From: Acidobacteriota bacterium
GTDB taxonomy: Bacteria; Acidobacteriota; UBA6911; RPQK01; JAJDTT01
NCBI GenBank assembly: GCA_965263035.1
Contig: OZ253580.1
Span: forward strand, 4,576,001 to 4,640,000
Length of the DNA stretch: 64,000 bases
Direction of reading: 5' to 3'
Both the position numbers and the translations under genes were made by a program. The notes under the pieces are model-generated. The model did no database searches, was not told the DNA's origin, and saw nothing but the letters and a program-made list of their open reading frames with translations. This document shows positions 20,406 through 30,867 of this stretch, in pieces; the stretch's first letter is position 1; the number at the start of each line of letters is the position of its first letter.

Positions 20406-20408
20406 TAG
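19320..20408 (+). CDS. IS630-family transposase
   Basis: RPGRP, CVDEKSQIQAL, YIRHGTTTL, VVDNYATHK, SWLNQVERWF; the stop codon is supplied by the target TAG. Confidence 0.95.
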   Translation: MPRGRKLPPLVLSDEQRHQLQGVARSTSLPHGLVLRARMILASAEGLTNRAVAERVGASPQAVGKWRRRFLELGVQGLHDELRPGRPRSYDDEKVAQVISRALQQKPANAENWSVRLMGAAEGVSKTTVQRWFSLFGIKPHLAQTFKLSNDPFFIEKVRDIVGLYLHPPDHAMVLCVDEKSQIQALDRTQRALPLGLGYVQGYTHDYIRHGTTTLFAALDAATGRVIAQCKKRHRHQDFLAFLRLIDREVPPDLDLHLVVDNYATHKHPRVRAWIAKRPRYHLHFTPTYASWLNQVERWFGLITQRAIKRTSFRNVRHLVKTIEEFTHRYNQEAKPFVWAATAQSILDKLARLSTRISRTPH

Positions 20409-22151
20409 GCCAGCAAGATCTCGTTGGCCATATCGCTCGTTCACAACTTGTACTACTTCCGCGGTATTGCTGTGCATTGCAAGTAGAGCAGCTGCCGCGC
20501 GGTGCCAATCCCTCCGATCCTTCTGGATTGCCTCGAAGTTCAAGAGAGACCGCTCGATCACGGTCGCACGGTCGAGGGTAAGCAACCGAGCCTTGATGCG
20601 TTCCCAAACCGCGTCCACCGCTTGTATCAAAATCTTATTAGCCCGAGACTCAGGGATTGGCCCTGGAGGTGAAGTCCAGCCCGCCTTACGTGCGAGGCCG
20701 AGACGACTCCATGCCAAATCCTCTGGTTGCAAGAACCTTGGTTGCGGCAACGGGACTGAGTCGTAGATTATATCTTTGGGATTTGTAGCAGGAATGAGGT
20801 GCAAGCAGCGTGCGTCGTCAGAACGGACTACATTCTGCACGAATTCGCTCAGCGCCGCCGCGTGTGGGACCGGGACATCGCAGAGCATGTACGCACCTCG
20901 CACCAGTGCGGCAATCATTAGGCGGTCGCCCACATTCTGCCTGTTAACAAAACTACGCAGATATCCGGGCGAGCACATGATCAACACTTTTCCGTTATAT
21001 ATCTCAACCGATGGTGCCGATGAAGGCTCTTTGATCAACGCGAAGTCGTCCGTAAATCTTTCTATATCTGGGAACCGAAGGCGGTAGGTGACAGGCGCTG
21101 GAGGTAGCGTTGTTAGTTGTTTCTCGAGTAACGGTGCCAAAGGAACCAGCCAGTTAAGGACCAATCTTACTATTTCGGCTACAAGGCGTCGAAGCCGTTT
21201 CGGTCCTCGAACCTCGTTACAATGAACCCACCATGGACGTGTGCTGGTCTCGACACACGCCAACAGTTCGCCCCCGACTGCGTGGTGGGGACTAACGAAA
21301 ACAAGCTGGTTTTGAGTTTCGCGAAAGAAGGTACTCGGAGTTTCACGCTCGACCTCGATCCATGATTTCTCATCTGGGGCGATGATGCCATGCCGGTCGA
21401 GAGCTACGCGCAGCCGATGACGCAAGAGCGCAATGGAGTCGGTGTGCAAATAGATTAGCCCAAGTTCCATGCTCTCTGGAATGAGTTCAAAATCCCGGCA
21501 AGAGGCGGATGCGTAAAGGTTTAAAAAGCCACCCAGGTTCAAGATGGAGACATCACGTTTTTGAAGCGCGGTCTCTTGATTGAGTAGCTTCCAGGCTCGA
21601 AGAGCTGTGAACTTGGATTCGCTCCCCAGAAAAATGAAGTCAGAGATGGGCAAGGCCAAACGCTGCCAACTAGGTGGAGGTTCGCCAAACTCGGCGAAGA
21701 ATCCACGTCCAATACCGCCGTGGACGAGCAAAGTCAATCCGCGGCGGTAATCGCGTTTGGACGCAAGAACCGCCGTGCGTGCGTTAATGCACTCGCCGAT
21801 CGCCCTCACGAGTGACTGAACGCTCTGAAGCCCTTCCCGAGCGGTCTCAGCGAGATCGTCTGGGACAAAGATTAGATGGACGTAACCGCCATCGTCGAAC
21901 TCCCCCACAAGATTCACTATACCTTCCGACCCGATTGGCTCCGGCGCGGTGGTCGATTGGATATTCCACGCTTGGCATCCCAGCGCGTAGACATTGTAGA
22001 GTTGTTCCTCAGTAGTTGCTGCATGAAGTACCTCAAGGTTCCCGGCCACGGTGGCTTGCTCAATGATAAATCTTCGGATGGCCGCGCCGATAGCAGTCGG
22101 GAGCGCGACGATCGTCTGGTCGTTGAAACGCACGAGAGGGCGGCGCTCTAA

Positions 22152-23916
22152 CCTGCATTTCTCATCAGTAGAACAATAAACGGAAGTTGAACCGTCGTCT
22201 GGGTGATTCTTTATCCATACGAGTTCAAGAGGCAGTTTTCGTGCTCGAACGTGCCGACCAACGGCCAGATGCAGCGCTTCTCCAGAGCCTTTTGACGCCC
22301 ATCCTGCGCTTCTGAGCGACGACTCTCGACCCGGTGCCCACTCCGGGGCGCAGTCCATCCTGGGGACTCCCAAGTCGCCATCGTCCAAAGAGTTCTTTCC
22401 ATCCGTTGCTAACAGCGAAGCGGGAGGGCTTGCACTTGCGTCAGAGCCGTCCTCAACAGCGCCGCATACGGATAGCTCTCGGAAAAGGACAACCAGACCT
22501 TGCGGCTGGTGATCCGGACCTGTGCCCCGATCTTCAGCAATCTCACCCGCAGGGTCCAGCTCTGCGCCCGCGCCAGCTTCGTCCCCGCCAGCCCCACCCG
22601 TCGCAACGTCTCCATCATCACGTAGGCGAATGCCGAGAAATACAACCGCAGTTGATTCCCCGCCAGCTTCCGGGTCGACGTGCGGTCCGCAAACAGACCC
22701 ATCTGCTGTTCCTTTATCCGATTCTCCATGTCTCCCCGCGCGCAGTAGACCTCCTCGTACAATCTTCGCCCATCGCATTCCTGGACCGGGACCGAAGTCA
22801 CGATGAATCGCGGGTTCTTTCCCCGGGGCAGGTGCTCCACCTTCGCCACCACCCGGCGCTCGCACGACCAACTCTTGTGCGTCTGATAGCGCAGTTCCTG
22901 GAACTGCCTCACGGCCTTCCCGATCGCCCGCTGCAACTGCCGGACGGTCTCCATCCGGGTCGCGATCCTCCGCTTCAGCCGATCGTTCTGCGCCAACCCC
23001 AGGACGTAATCGATCCCTTCCTTCTCGCACCAGACCATCAACTCGTCGTTGGAGAAGGCACTGTCCCCTCGAACCGTGATCCGCACCTGGGGCCACGCTT
23101 CACGCAGCCGCCTCACGATTGGTTCCAACTCCGCCACCACCCCGTGGGCCGCGCCTCGATCCGCCGTGCGCAGCCGCGCACGCAACAGGTGTTCCCCACA
23201 GAAGACGTACAGCGGCAGGTAGCAGTAGCGTTTGTAATAGCCGTGGAAGAACCGTCCCTCCTGCTTCCCATGCAGCGGATCGTCCGTGGCGTCTACATCC
23301 AGGATCACCTCCTCCGGGGGCTCCGGATGCGCTTCCACAAACACCTCCAGCAGCAGCTCGTCCATCCCCGCCGGGTCGGCCACGATCTTCTTGTACGCGC
23401 CCTCCGGTCCCTCCAACGGAGTCCGCTCCAGTCGGTTCAGGGTGCTCTTGCCTGCCAGCGGCTTGCCTCGATCCGACTCCACGCGCCGGAACTCCCCCGT
23501 CAGATCATCTCGATCACACAACAGCGCCAAGAGCCGGTCCCGGCACAACTCGTCGTGGTCGTTGAGGTCCTCGTAGCCCAGGCACAGCCCCAGCACCCGC
23601 TGTTTGATCAACGCCTCCACCGGGTGTTCGACTCGATCCGAGTCTCGATAGTCGGTGAAGCATTCGCTCAGACGACCCAGAATCCGGGTCCGCTGCTCCA
23701 CTTCGCGCAGGAGCACGCCACCGGCGTCGGAGGTGATCTCGCCGCCGTCGAACCGGCCCACGACATCCCGTCCGTCCAGGCCCTGAAATCTGAGCTTTAT
23801 TCTGGTACACTCTGCGGTCATAAGGTCGCGTCCCTTCTGCTTTGTAAGTTATTGATTACACAACACTTATAGCAGAAAACGCGGCCTTTATCAATCTTTC
23901 TGATGAGATATCCGGG
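22152..23916 (-). mobile_element. Complete IS1380-family element (type A)
   Basis: Inverted repeats CCTGCATTTCTCATCAG / CCCGGATATCTCATCAG; 4-bp target duplication CTAA (22148-22151, 23917-23920). Confidence 0.9.
22409..23821 (-). CDS. IS1380-family transposase
   Basis: FDGGEITSDAG, GYEDLNDH, LDVDATDDPLHGKQEG, RGDSAF, YCARGDMENRIKEQ. Confidence 0.95.
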   Translation of the reverse strand: MTAECTRIKLRFQGLDGRDVVGRFDGGEITSDAGGVLLREVEQRTRILGRLSECFTDYRDSDRVEHPVEALIKQRVLGLCLGYEDLNDHDELCRDRLLALLCDRDDLTGEFRRVESDRGKPLAGKSTLNRLERTPLEGPEGAYKKIVADPAGMDELLLEVFVEAHPEPPEEVILDVDATDDPLHGKQEGRFFHGYYKRYCYLPLYVFCGEHLLRARLRTADRGAAHGVVAELEPIVRRLREAWPQVRITVRGDSAFSNDELMVWCEKEGIDYVLGLAQNDRLKRRIATRMETVRQLQRAIGKAVRQFQELRYQTHKSWSCERRVVAKVEHLPRGKNPRFIVTSVPVQECDGRRLYEEVYCARGDMENRIKEQQMGLFADRTSTRKLAGNQLRLYFSAFAYVMMETLRRVGLAGTKLARAQSWTLRVRLLKIGAQVRITSRKVWLSFSESYPYAALLRTALTQVQALPLRC

Positions 23917-25024
23917 CTAAGGCAGTATGTCCCAGCGTTTCTTCGACAAGTAGGGCTGCGTGCCTCGGCTGAAAGACAAACGGGTTGAGATCTTCAGGGG
24001 ATACGCCCAACGCAAAGATATCAGCTTCGCTAAAGCTCACGTGAGCTGCACACGACCTGAGGGTTGAAGCAGTGATCTTTATGGGTTGCTTCGGTAGACT
24101 TTCCGTGAGCGTGTTCCGGGTTGCGCAGACACGTTCAGCTACGGCTTCGCTGACGCGAAGCATGGCCATGACACGCCTCTGTACCACGGTTACCCAGGGA
24201 CGGTCCCTGATCCTAGACAGGGCAGCGAGGCACGTCTGAACATAGTGATCATTGTTGTGCCAATCGCCCATGAAAAGGCGAGCGTTGCCAAACGAAGTGA
24301 CGACATTTGAGACGAAAACATCTTCAATGGGGTCTTCAATCTCCGTAATCCGATCTTGGAGGATGATGACATTCAGCCATTCCTGCACCTGTCGTTGGGT
24401 CGGTGCCAGCGAGCCGTGACATGTCAACGCCGCAAGGTGAATGAGTGCCTCGATCCGTTTAGTAGCGGTATGGTTCTCAGGTTGTGTCAGCAATCCTGCG
24501 AGAGGTTGCGCTAGTGAAAGGAAGTTGAATTTTTCAAGGCGCCGAATCAACCTCTTGAGACGTAAGGCAATATCTTTGATTCGATAAACGTCATTGGCTA
24601 CAGACATTGCCATGAATTCGTTCATTGCATTACTAATCTGATCGTGTGGCGGCATATTTTCACTCATAACACATGCTCAGCGGATAACAGCGTGGCAACT
24701 GAGTTCACGATGATAATACTCAGAGGCTCTGTCTCGGTCTGAAATTGGGCCGTCGTCATGGGTTGGAATTAGACTGGTTGTCGCGCATGGAGCGGCTCGG
24801 GGAAGCCAAGTCGGGATTCCGCAACGTGACCGAGGCAAGCCAACACGACCAGTCCGGGCGGCCGAACAGTGATAAAGATGATGGGGGACTTCGCCAAAGA
24901 TCGGCAATCTCTTGGAACTTATTGAACCTCTCTCCGGTGCTTTCTCGGTGCCCTTTTGAGCCTTTCTCCCGGGCTTCCCGCAGAGACTATTGAGACGGGA
25001 GCGACCCTCCCAGAGAGTATGGCG

Positions 25025-25055
25025 GAGAGAGAAGGTGACAGTCACCTTCTCTCTC
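25025..25055. repeat. Perfect 15-bp-arm palindrome (REP-like)
   Basis: GAGAGAGAAGGTGAC-A-GTCACCTTCTCTCTC; related cores at 30521-30540 and 42554-42573. Confidence 0.65.
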
Positions 25056-25158
25056 GCGGTCACGTTCTCTCGCGACCGGCGGGCGGGAGCCGCACAGATC
25101 GAAACATCATTGAGTTGGGGGCAATTCCTGTAGCAGCGACCCTTGTGGCTGCCTGTCG

Positions 25159-25503
25159 CTACCGTTGACCAGAATGCGGCACGGGTCGAGCACCGTGGCG
25201 GCCTTCGTTCCGGGCTGCGACCGCCGTAGCGGGTTGAATGCCGGCAATCAGTCGGATCCTGTCCCCGGCCAGCTTGCGAAAGTCACACTCGACTTGGATG
25301 CCATGCCAGAACTTGTCCGACTGACCGAAGAAGGCGCCAAAACGAATCGACATGGGCGGAGTGATCGACCGCCGGCCAAGGACGATTTCATTAATCGCCC
25401 TCGGGGAGACACCAATGGCGCGGGCCATTGCATTCTGTGAAATCCCCATTGGCTTGAGGTATTCCTCAAGCAAAATCTCTCCGGGCGTGATGGGCTCTTT
25501 CAT
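25159..25503 (-). CDS. higA: HigA-family antitoxin, copy 3
   Basis: [24 protein letters not shown]...; RBS AAGGAG. Confidence 0.9.
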   Translation of the reverse strand: MKEPITPGEILLEEYLKPMGISQNAMARAIGVSPRAINEIVLGRRSITPPMSIRFGAFFGQSDKFWHGIQVECDFRKLAGDRIRLIAGIQPATAVAARNEGRHGARPVPHSGQR

Positions 25504-25511
25504 TCTCCTTT

Positions 25512-25529
25512 TCCTATAACGTTATAGGA
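25512..25529. promoter_or_regulatory. 18-bp palindrome upstream of higA (probable operator)
   Basis: TCCTATAACGTTATAGGA, a perfect palindrome in the same position as 9321-9334. Confidence 0.6.
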
Positions 25530-25537
25530 TAGTTCTT

Positions 25538-25614
25538 CAATGTGAATCTACGATAACCTCCGATCGCCACCTGTTCTGGCCCTGTCTCGGTCCACCTGAA
25601 CCCGGATTATTCAC
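25538..25614 (-). pseudogene. higB: higB 3' remnant truncated at an IS1380-type terminus
   Basis: FRWTETGPEQVAI matches FRWTDAGPVQVAI at ~9360-9400; CCCGGATTATTCAC begins immediately at 25601. Confidence 0.7.
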
Positions 25615-25780
25615 GGATGGGATTCAAACAGCTCTTGTTCGGCCCGAACACGGGCATCGGACCGCCTCAATCCGATCCTCGTCTGAACCTGCTTCCCCTG
25701 TTCTCGTGACGCTACGAAAAGTGGGGGAAGTCCTGATCCTTCTATCACTGCTTCCTCCAGATGGCTCGTGGTGAACTCCT

Positions 25781-28700
25781 TCATGAGACCGCCTCCCCGG
25801 ATAGCACTTTCCAGAGGCGCTTGTATCCGCCCCCTGAGAGAGCAGCGCTGTCCGGGCGGGCGCGGTGCCAGTCGCGTTCACTGAGGTTCTTCAGGAACTC
25901 GCGCGCCTGGACAACGGAGTACCGGCCATCGTTCTCGCCGACTGTCTCGCGGTATAGCTTGCCAAGATTCTCTGCGACGCTACGGGGTGCAGCATTCATA
26001 CGCATCAGAACCGCGTCTTCCGTCCTGACGCCGTGGTAGATCATCGCCGGAAGCGCGTTGATCCTATGGGCCTCGGCTTCGGACAGCCTATCGAAGTCGA
26101 GACCGGAAACGCGGCTCAACGCGGCAATGCCCCAAGTTCCGCTATTGACAATGGTCCGGTAGATCGCACGGCAGGCATCCGTAATTGCCCGGGTTCCACC
26201 CTCGTCGTCTGATTCGCGGCTGAAATACTTCCGGGCGATGGCGTCGATTGCCTTGCCGTTGACCCAGTCGCGCGTGATTTCGGAAATCCGCATTCGGCCG
26301 CGACCTTCTCCGCGAATCTCATCAAGTTGCCTTTTCAGTTGCGGCACTTTCAACATCACTCCGTACAAATCGGCGATCCTGCCGCCTTCGCCGAAAAGGC
26401 TCTCCGGAGCCCAATCCGAGGGCGTGAGCCGAGTCTCGAGATTGCGCAGTTCCATCATCGCTCTTGTAACGCCTTCCGGGGAGAATCCCGTCGAGTCCGC
26501 AAGCTCGGCGACGCCACCGGGCATGTCGGCGAGCCTGTGGGCGTAGGCGCGCGTCGCGTCCAGCAACGCGTCGGCCTTATGCCGTTGCGAAGGGTCGTTT
26601 CGCAGCGACGTATATCCGAAGGTCTGCCGAAGAAGTTGTTCAGAGTCCGACAGCACGGCGTCCAAGTTCTTCTTTTCTGCCCACAGATGGGCGACATAGC
26701 AGCGGAAGTCTTCCCATTGATCCTGCCACAGCACCTCGGAGAGTCTTGCCAGTTCCCCTTGCGCGGCAAGTTCGTTCAATTGCGACACCAGACGGGAGAC
26801 AAGCGCGCCCGTGCTGCGGCTCACGAACTCGATGACGGATTGCGGGTCAGAACCTTCCGCAAGGCCGATTACACCCACGCTGTCATGGCCAATCCGGCCC
26901 GCGCGACCGGCAAGATTCCAGAATTCGCGCGACGACATTTCCACTCCATAGGGATACTTGTGCGTTTGCAGAAAAACGGAGGCAACCGGGAAATTGATGC
27001 CCTGCGCAATGGTGATGGTCGCACATAGGATCCTAAGGGTTCCTGTCTCGGCGAGCCATTCCATCAGGGCTCGTGCATCGTCGGACAAGCCGGCATGATG
27101 GACGCCCACCCCCTTCTCCAGGGTCGCGACAAGCTGGAAGGTCGAGCCGACCTCGGTGCGCAGGAAGTCCTGAACAAGCCGGATAGCCGGCGGCACCGGT
27201 TCGAGATCCGGCAGGCTTTGCGCGGCCTTTGCCGCCATTTTCCACACAGTGGGAATGTTGTTTGCGATAGCGATACTCGTGCCACGGGTAGACATGACCG
27301 TTGCCATTGCCGCCGTCTGGAGACCCAAGCCGTTTTGTCGACCCTTGGTGATGACGCGGCTTTTGGGTACATTGATGGGCCTCACCCCACCAACGCGGTG
27401 CGTGCCACTAAGCGCCATGGCCTTCGGCGTCGCGGTCAAGGTCTCGAAACGGAGATGCCAGCCGGCGCGCTGGCTGTTGTCCGGAGAAGCGCCATAGAGT
27501 CCGATAATCCGTTCGTTGGGCTTCCAAGGCACGGTGCCGAGGCTGATGGCCCGGCCCGCACTGACATCCTGAGCCAGCCACCGCGCAACCGATTCGGCCC
27601 CCTCGACATAGGGCGTGAGAAGCAGGAAGTTGGCCCGCGGACAATCCATCTTCACGGTGGCGAGCAACAGCTCGATGCGCAGTCCCCGGTCTTTGGATTC
27701 AATATTATGGGCTTCGTCCATGACCACGAGGGCCAGCGGGCGTTGCTCCACCTTCTTGTTGCGGATCAAGAGAGACAGTTTCTCGGGTGTGGCCACGAGA
27801 ATGTGGAAGGGCTGATGCGTTTCCGTCAGCAACTCTTCCTCAAAGGTATCCACCTCGACCGCCGCTGTTAGTTGTTCGACCCTAAGGCCGATGGGATCGA
27901 AATCCGTTTTCAGCCCCCGGGTGATCTGCGCGCACAGGGCCCGCGTCGGCGCCACATAGGCAACCCAGCCCTTTTCGGCATCGAACTGGTTCAGCGCCTG
28001 CAGGATGCGGAACTGCGCAAGCAATGTTTTTCCGCCCGATGTCGGCAAGTCGATCACGATCGCGGTCTTGGCCTGATCGAGGAGTCCCTGTTCCAAGAGC
28101 GCCGCGCGCTGCGGCGGCAGAAGTTCGAACATCGCCCGATGTTCGCGATGGGTGAGGGAGCGGACAAAGTGCGTCGTCCGTGAATTGACGGCGCGTGTTG
28201 CCCACCACAGGGAGTTGGTGACCATGATCCGCGCGGTTGCATGCATCCAGCGGAGGATCAATTCATGCTGGGCATCGCCTGACGCCGTCGCCGCTCGGAT
28301 GGCGCCGTCATAGTGCTTGTCGAGCGAGCCAAACGGGTTGGCCGGCTGACCTTGCAGCATGTAACGGGCCAGGATCTCGGTACCTCTTGCCCAGTGATAA
28401 AGTGCCGCGAGCCGCAGGGCGATTGCCCTGTCCTCTGCGGGCGAGCCGTTCTGGAGACGACCCTTCTCAAAGCGCTTTTGATCCTCGCGCAGTCCGGCGA
28501 TGATCTCCCTGATCCGGTCAAGATCGTCCCAGCCGCGCTTGCGAAACAACCGGACCCAGCAGTGAAAAAGTCGATACAGCAGGCGGCGGTCCCACGGCGT
28601 CCCGGCGACGCTCGGAGGCTTGAGGGCCTGTTCATTCTCCTTGTACCAGCGGCGAAGGTCGGACCAGCGGTCTCCGCAATAGGCGACGGCGGAAAGCTGT

Positions 28701-29056
28701 AGCACAAAGAAAAGGCGATCGTGCCTCTCAGCTGGAACCGGCAGCAAACGGCGGATGTCGAACGCGCGGAACGATGCAGCGGTCGCCTGATCGCGCAGTT
28801 CCATGTTCTCCCCGGAAGGCCGACTCAGTTCCTCCAGCCCTTCGATCGCAGCCATCTCGAACGCGAGTGCAACCCGTTCCAGCAAAGTGTCGTGGTCCTC
28901 GCTCCACGAAAACGAAAAGGCGATCTGTCCGCCAACAGCCCGATGAGCGAGGCGTTCATTCACGAGCCTTTCAGCACGCGCCAGATCAGCTGCGCCGATC
29001 GCGTTCACGGCCCAGTGACTTCGGAGCGCCTCGAGGGCCTGCCTGGACAGACTCAT
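25781..29056 (-). CDS. hamB: Ski2-like SF2 DEAD/DEAH helicase, Hachiman HamB-like
   Basis: LPTSGGKT, ATPEKL, MDEAH, GVGVHHAGL, TIAQGINFP, NLAGRAGR; start overlaps the hamA stop (ATGA). Confidence 0.75.
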   Translation of the reverse strand: MSLSRQALEALRSHWAVNAIGAADLARAERLVNERLAHRAVGGQIAFSFSWSEDHDTLLERVALAFEMAAIEGLEELSRPSGENMELRDQATAASFRAFDIRRLLPVPAERHDRLFFVLQLSAVAYCGDRWSDLRRWYKENEQALKPPSVAGTPWDRRLLYRLFHCWVRLFRKRGWDDLDRIREIIAGLREDQKRFEKGRLQNGSPAEDRAIALRLAALYHWARGTEILARYMLQGQPANPFGSLDKHYDGAIRAATASGDAQHELILRWMHATARIMVTNSLWWATRAVNSRTTHFVRSLTHREHRAMFELLPPQRAALLEQGLLDQAKTAIVIDLPTSGGKTLLAQFRILQALNQFDAEKGWVAYVAPTRALCAQITRGLKTDFDPIGLRVEQLTAAVEVDTFEEELLTETHQPFHILVATPEKLSLLIRNKKVEQRPLALVVMDEAHNIESKDRGLRIELLLATVKMDCPRANFLLLTPYVEGAESVARWLAQDVSAGRAISLGTVPWKPNERIIGLYGASPDNSQRAGWHLRFETLTATPKAMALSGTHRVGGVRPINVPKSRVITKGRQNGLGLQTAAMATVMSTRGTSIAIANNIPTVWKMAAKAAQSLPDLEPVPPAIRLVQDFLRTEVGSTFQLVATLEKGVGVHHAGLSDDARALMEWLAETGTLRILCATITIAQGINFPVASVFLQTHKYPYGVEMSSREFWNLAGRAGRIGHDSVGVIGLAEGSDPQSVIEFVSRSTGALVSRLVSQLNELAAQGELARLSEVLWQDQWEDFRCYVAHLWAEKKNLDAVLSDSEQLLRQTFGYTSLRNDPSQRHKADALLDATRAYAHRLADMPGGVAELADSTGFSPEGVTRAMMELRNLETRLTPSDWAPESLFGEGGRIADLYGVMLKVPQLKRQLDEIRGEGRGRMRISEITRDWVNGKAIDAIARKYFSRESDDEGGTRAITDACRAIYRTIVNSGTWGIAALSRVSGLDFDRLSEAEAHRINALPAMIYHGVRTEDAVLMRMNAAPRSVAENLGKLYRETVGENDGRYSVVQAREFLKNLSERDWHRARPDSAALSGGGYKRLWKVLSGEAVS

Positions 29057-29850
29057 GACACCGCTCCCGCCCTGGCCGCGATAGCGCCGTCGCCGATCCC
29101 TTCAAGGCGACCGACCGGTAGGTACAACGCAATTAGCTCGATCCTCGTGCCATCGGGGCAGCCCTTGCCGAGACTCTCGACCCGCACTCTCACATCGTCC
29201 TTGTGTGGCGAGACGTCCCGGACGAGAAATCCGAACAGCCGCACGTCGGACTTGTTGACCAGATAGCGTTTCCCCGCCCGTCGGAAACGTTGCAGCCAGG
29301 CGGCCCCCTTGGCGCGATAGCCGAGGTACTTGAAGAGGTCGTCCCGTATGGAGGTACTGTCGCGAAGATCTTCAAGCTGCTGCTTGAGACCCGTGCGACC
29401 ATACATCGCTCCCGGCGGGTACCTGTCTTCTGAGGCTGTCTTGACTTCGCCGAAAGCCAGACAATCGCTTTGGGCATCTGCGTGCAGACCAACTAGATCA
29501 GCTCCCGGAAGGCTGGAACCGCGCTTTCGCTCGTCGCGTCCGTCGGGCCACGGGAAGCGGCAGTCGCGGTGATCAGTCAGCCAGGTCTCGGCGATTGCCT
29601 CTCCCACCCGCCAGTCCTCGATTCGCTCCGGTTCGGCAAGAACGCGGCGCAGGCCATCCTGCTCGAATGCGGTGTCGACGATTCCGCGCAGTATCTCTTC
29701 GATGTCGGCCCTGCCTTCGTCGTCGAACAACACGGCGGCCACCGGGCCATTCAATGCCGCGTCGAGTTCCTCGCCGGACCACTCAAGACCAAGCCCGGTG
29801 GAGGGTGGATCACCCGCGGAGTAATCGGCTTCTCCCGATGCTACTGTCGC
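29053..29850 (-). CDS. hamA: HamA-like (DUF1837-like) nuclease
   Basis: WRVGEAIAE...PGADLVG...FGEVKT (E...D...ExK). The frame is open upstream of TTG 29754 to 29850, where the codon is GCG (possible lost GTG start). Confidence 0.65.
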   Translation of the reverse strand, partial: ATVASGEADYSAGDPPSTGLGLEWSGEELDAALNGPVAAVLFDDEGRADIEEILRGIVDTAFEQDGLRRVLAEPERIEDWRVGEAIAETWLTDHRDCRFPWPDGRDERKRGSSLPGADLVGLHADAQSDCLAFGEVKTASEDRYPPGAMYGRTGLKQQLEDLRDSTSIRDDLFKYLGYRAKGAAWLQRFRRAGKRYLVNKSDVRLFGFLVRDVSPHKDDVRVRVESLGKGCPDGTRIELIALYLPVGRLEGIGDGAIAARAGAVS

Positions 29851-30050
29851 GCCACGGCCTCCACCAGTTTCTCGGATTCACGGACGCGGATTTCGCCGGA
29901 GATGAGCTTTGGGAGAAGGGCATCGCGGCGGGCGGCGAGGCTAACGGCGTCCTTCATGTTAGCGGAGAGCCGACCGTACGGCGGGCGGCCAAGAGGCTCA
30001 AAGACCCGAAGAATCGCGTGCGACGACACAAGCACGGATATCAAGCGAAA
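29841..30050 (-). pseudogene. hsdS: hsdS 3' remnant of a different type I R-M system
   Basis: ...SLAARRDALLPKLISGEIRV..., the canonical HsdS C-terminus. Confidence 0.8.
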
Positions 30051-30867
30051 CGACATCTTGCTGATCTCCGGACATGTCGAGCCGCCGGCAGTGTCCCCAA
30101 TGTGACCGAGACTGTGATGACACCAGTTCAATACATACAGGCTCTGCAAGCGCTTCTCGCATCTCATTGCCATGGATCCTTGGTCCACGGCGGTCGGCAC
30201 CTCGGCGAGCGCTAGGTGTCCAGTTCTCACTCGGAAATTCGTAAGTTACTGAGAAATAAGGAGTAGGAGGTATTTTCAAGCCCCGGTGTTGTCATGGTCA
30301 GTTGTTACGCTATGGGTGACAAATCAAAGAGAACAAACGACTTACACAAAAACGAAGGCTTGAAACATGCGTCGAAAACAGGAAAATCAGATTCCGCTCC
30401 CAAGGTCTTGGACGACAACTCCTTAATCTTGAATCCGGTTCTACACGTTCTGTGTGACACAGGCAACTCACCTCAGGGGACTACCGGTCTCTCCGCCGAG
30501 CAGGTCCTACGGGTGAGAGCAAGAACGTGACTGTTCCCTTCACGCTTTTTCTTGTCCCCCCATTCCTCCTCGTCCTCTGGCTCCATCGGAGTTTGACGGC
30601 GGAGAGCCGACGCTCCCAGACTATTCTTTTTCTGTCCGGATTCCGCCGGCCCGCGACCGGTGGGGGAGCATATGAGAAGTCTTCGGGTTTTCCAGGGGCC
30701 GCAAAAGAGCCGGATCGCCCGCACGGGACGAAGAACCGATGCTCCTCTGAGAGAACGGGAGAGTCCACTACCAAATCGGTGTCGCAATGCCAGGACCAAG
30801 TTTCATCCCGCCGGAATACTCCCGGTCTCCTGGGATTCTGGACAGTTTGAGATATCCTGAGTATCCG

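Larger units (their letters stand above)
18009..24667 (-). pseudogene. ~1245-aa protein with C-terminal PD-(D/E)xK nuclease domain, interrupted by IS1380 and IS630
   Basis: Removing both IS plus one target copy each restores one frame: ...GHTAL|ERRPLV... and ...RDLAGL|ASRVITEM...; 747+1744+1247 = 3738 nt. C-terminal GDIDVLAW...VIECKRL. Confidence 0.85.

Noticed and set aside
20376-23096. 906-aa ORF as a real protein
   Set aside because: Chimera: the first ~315 codons are IS1380 sequence in another frame, and the rest is the middle of the interrupted nuclease gene.
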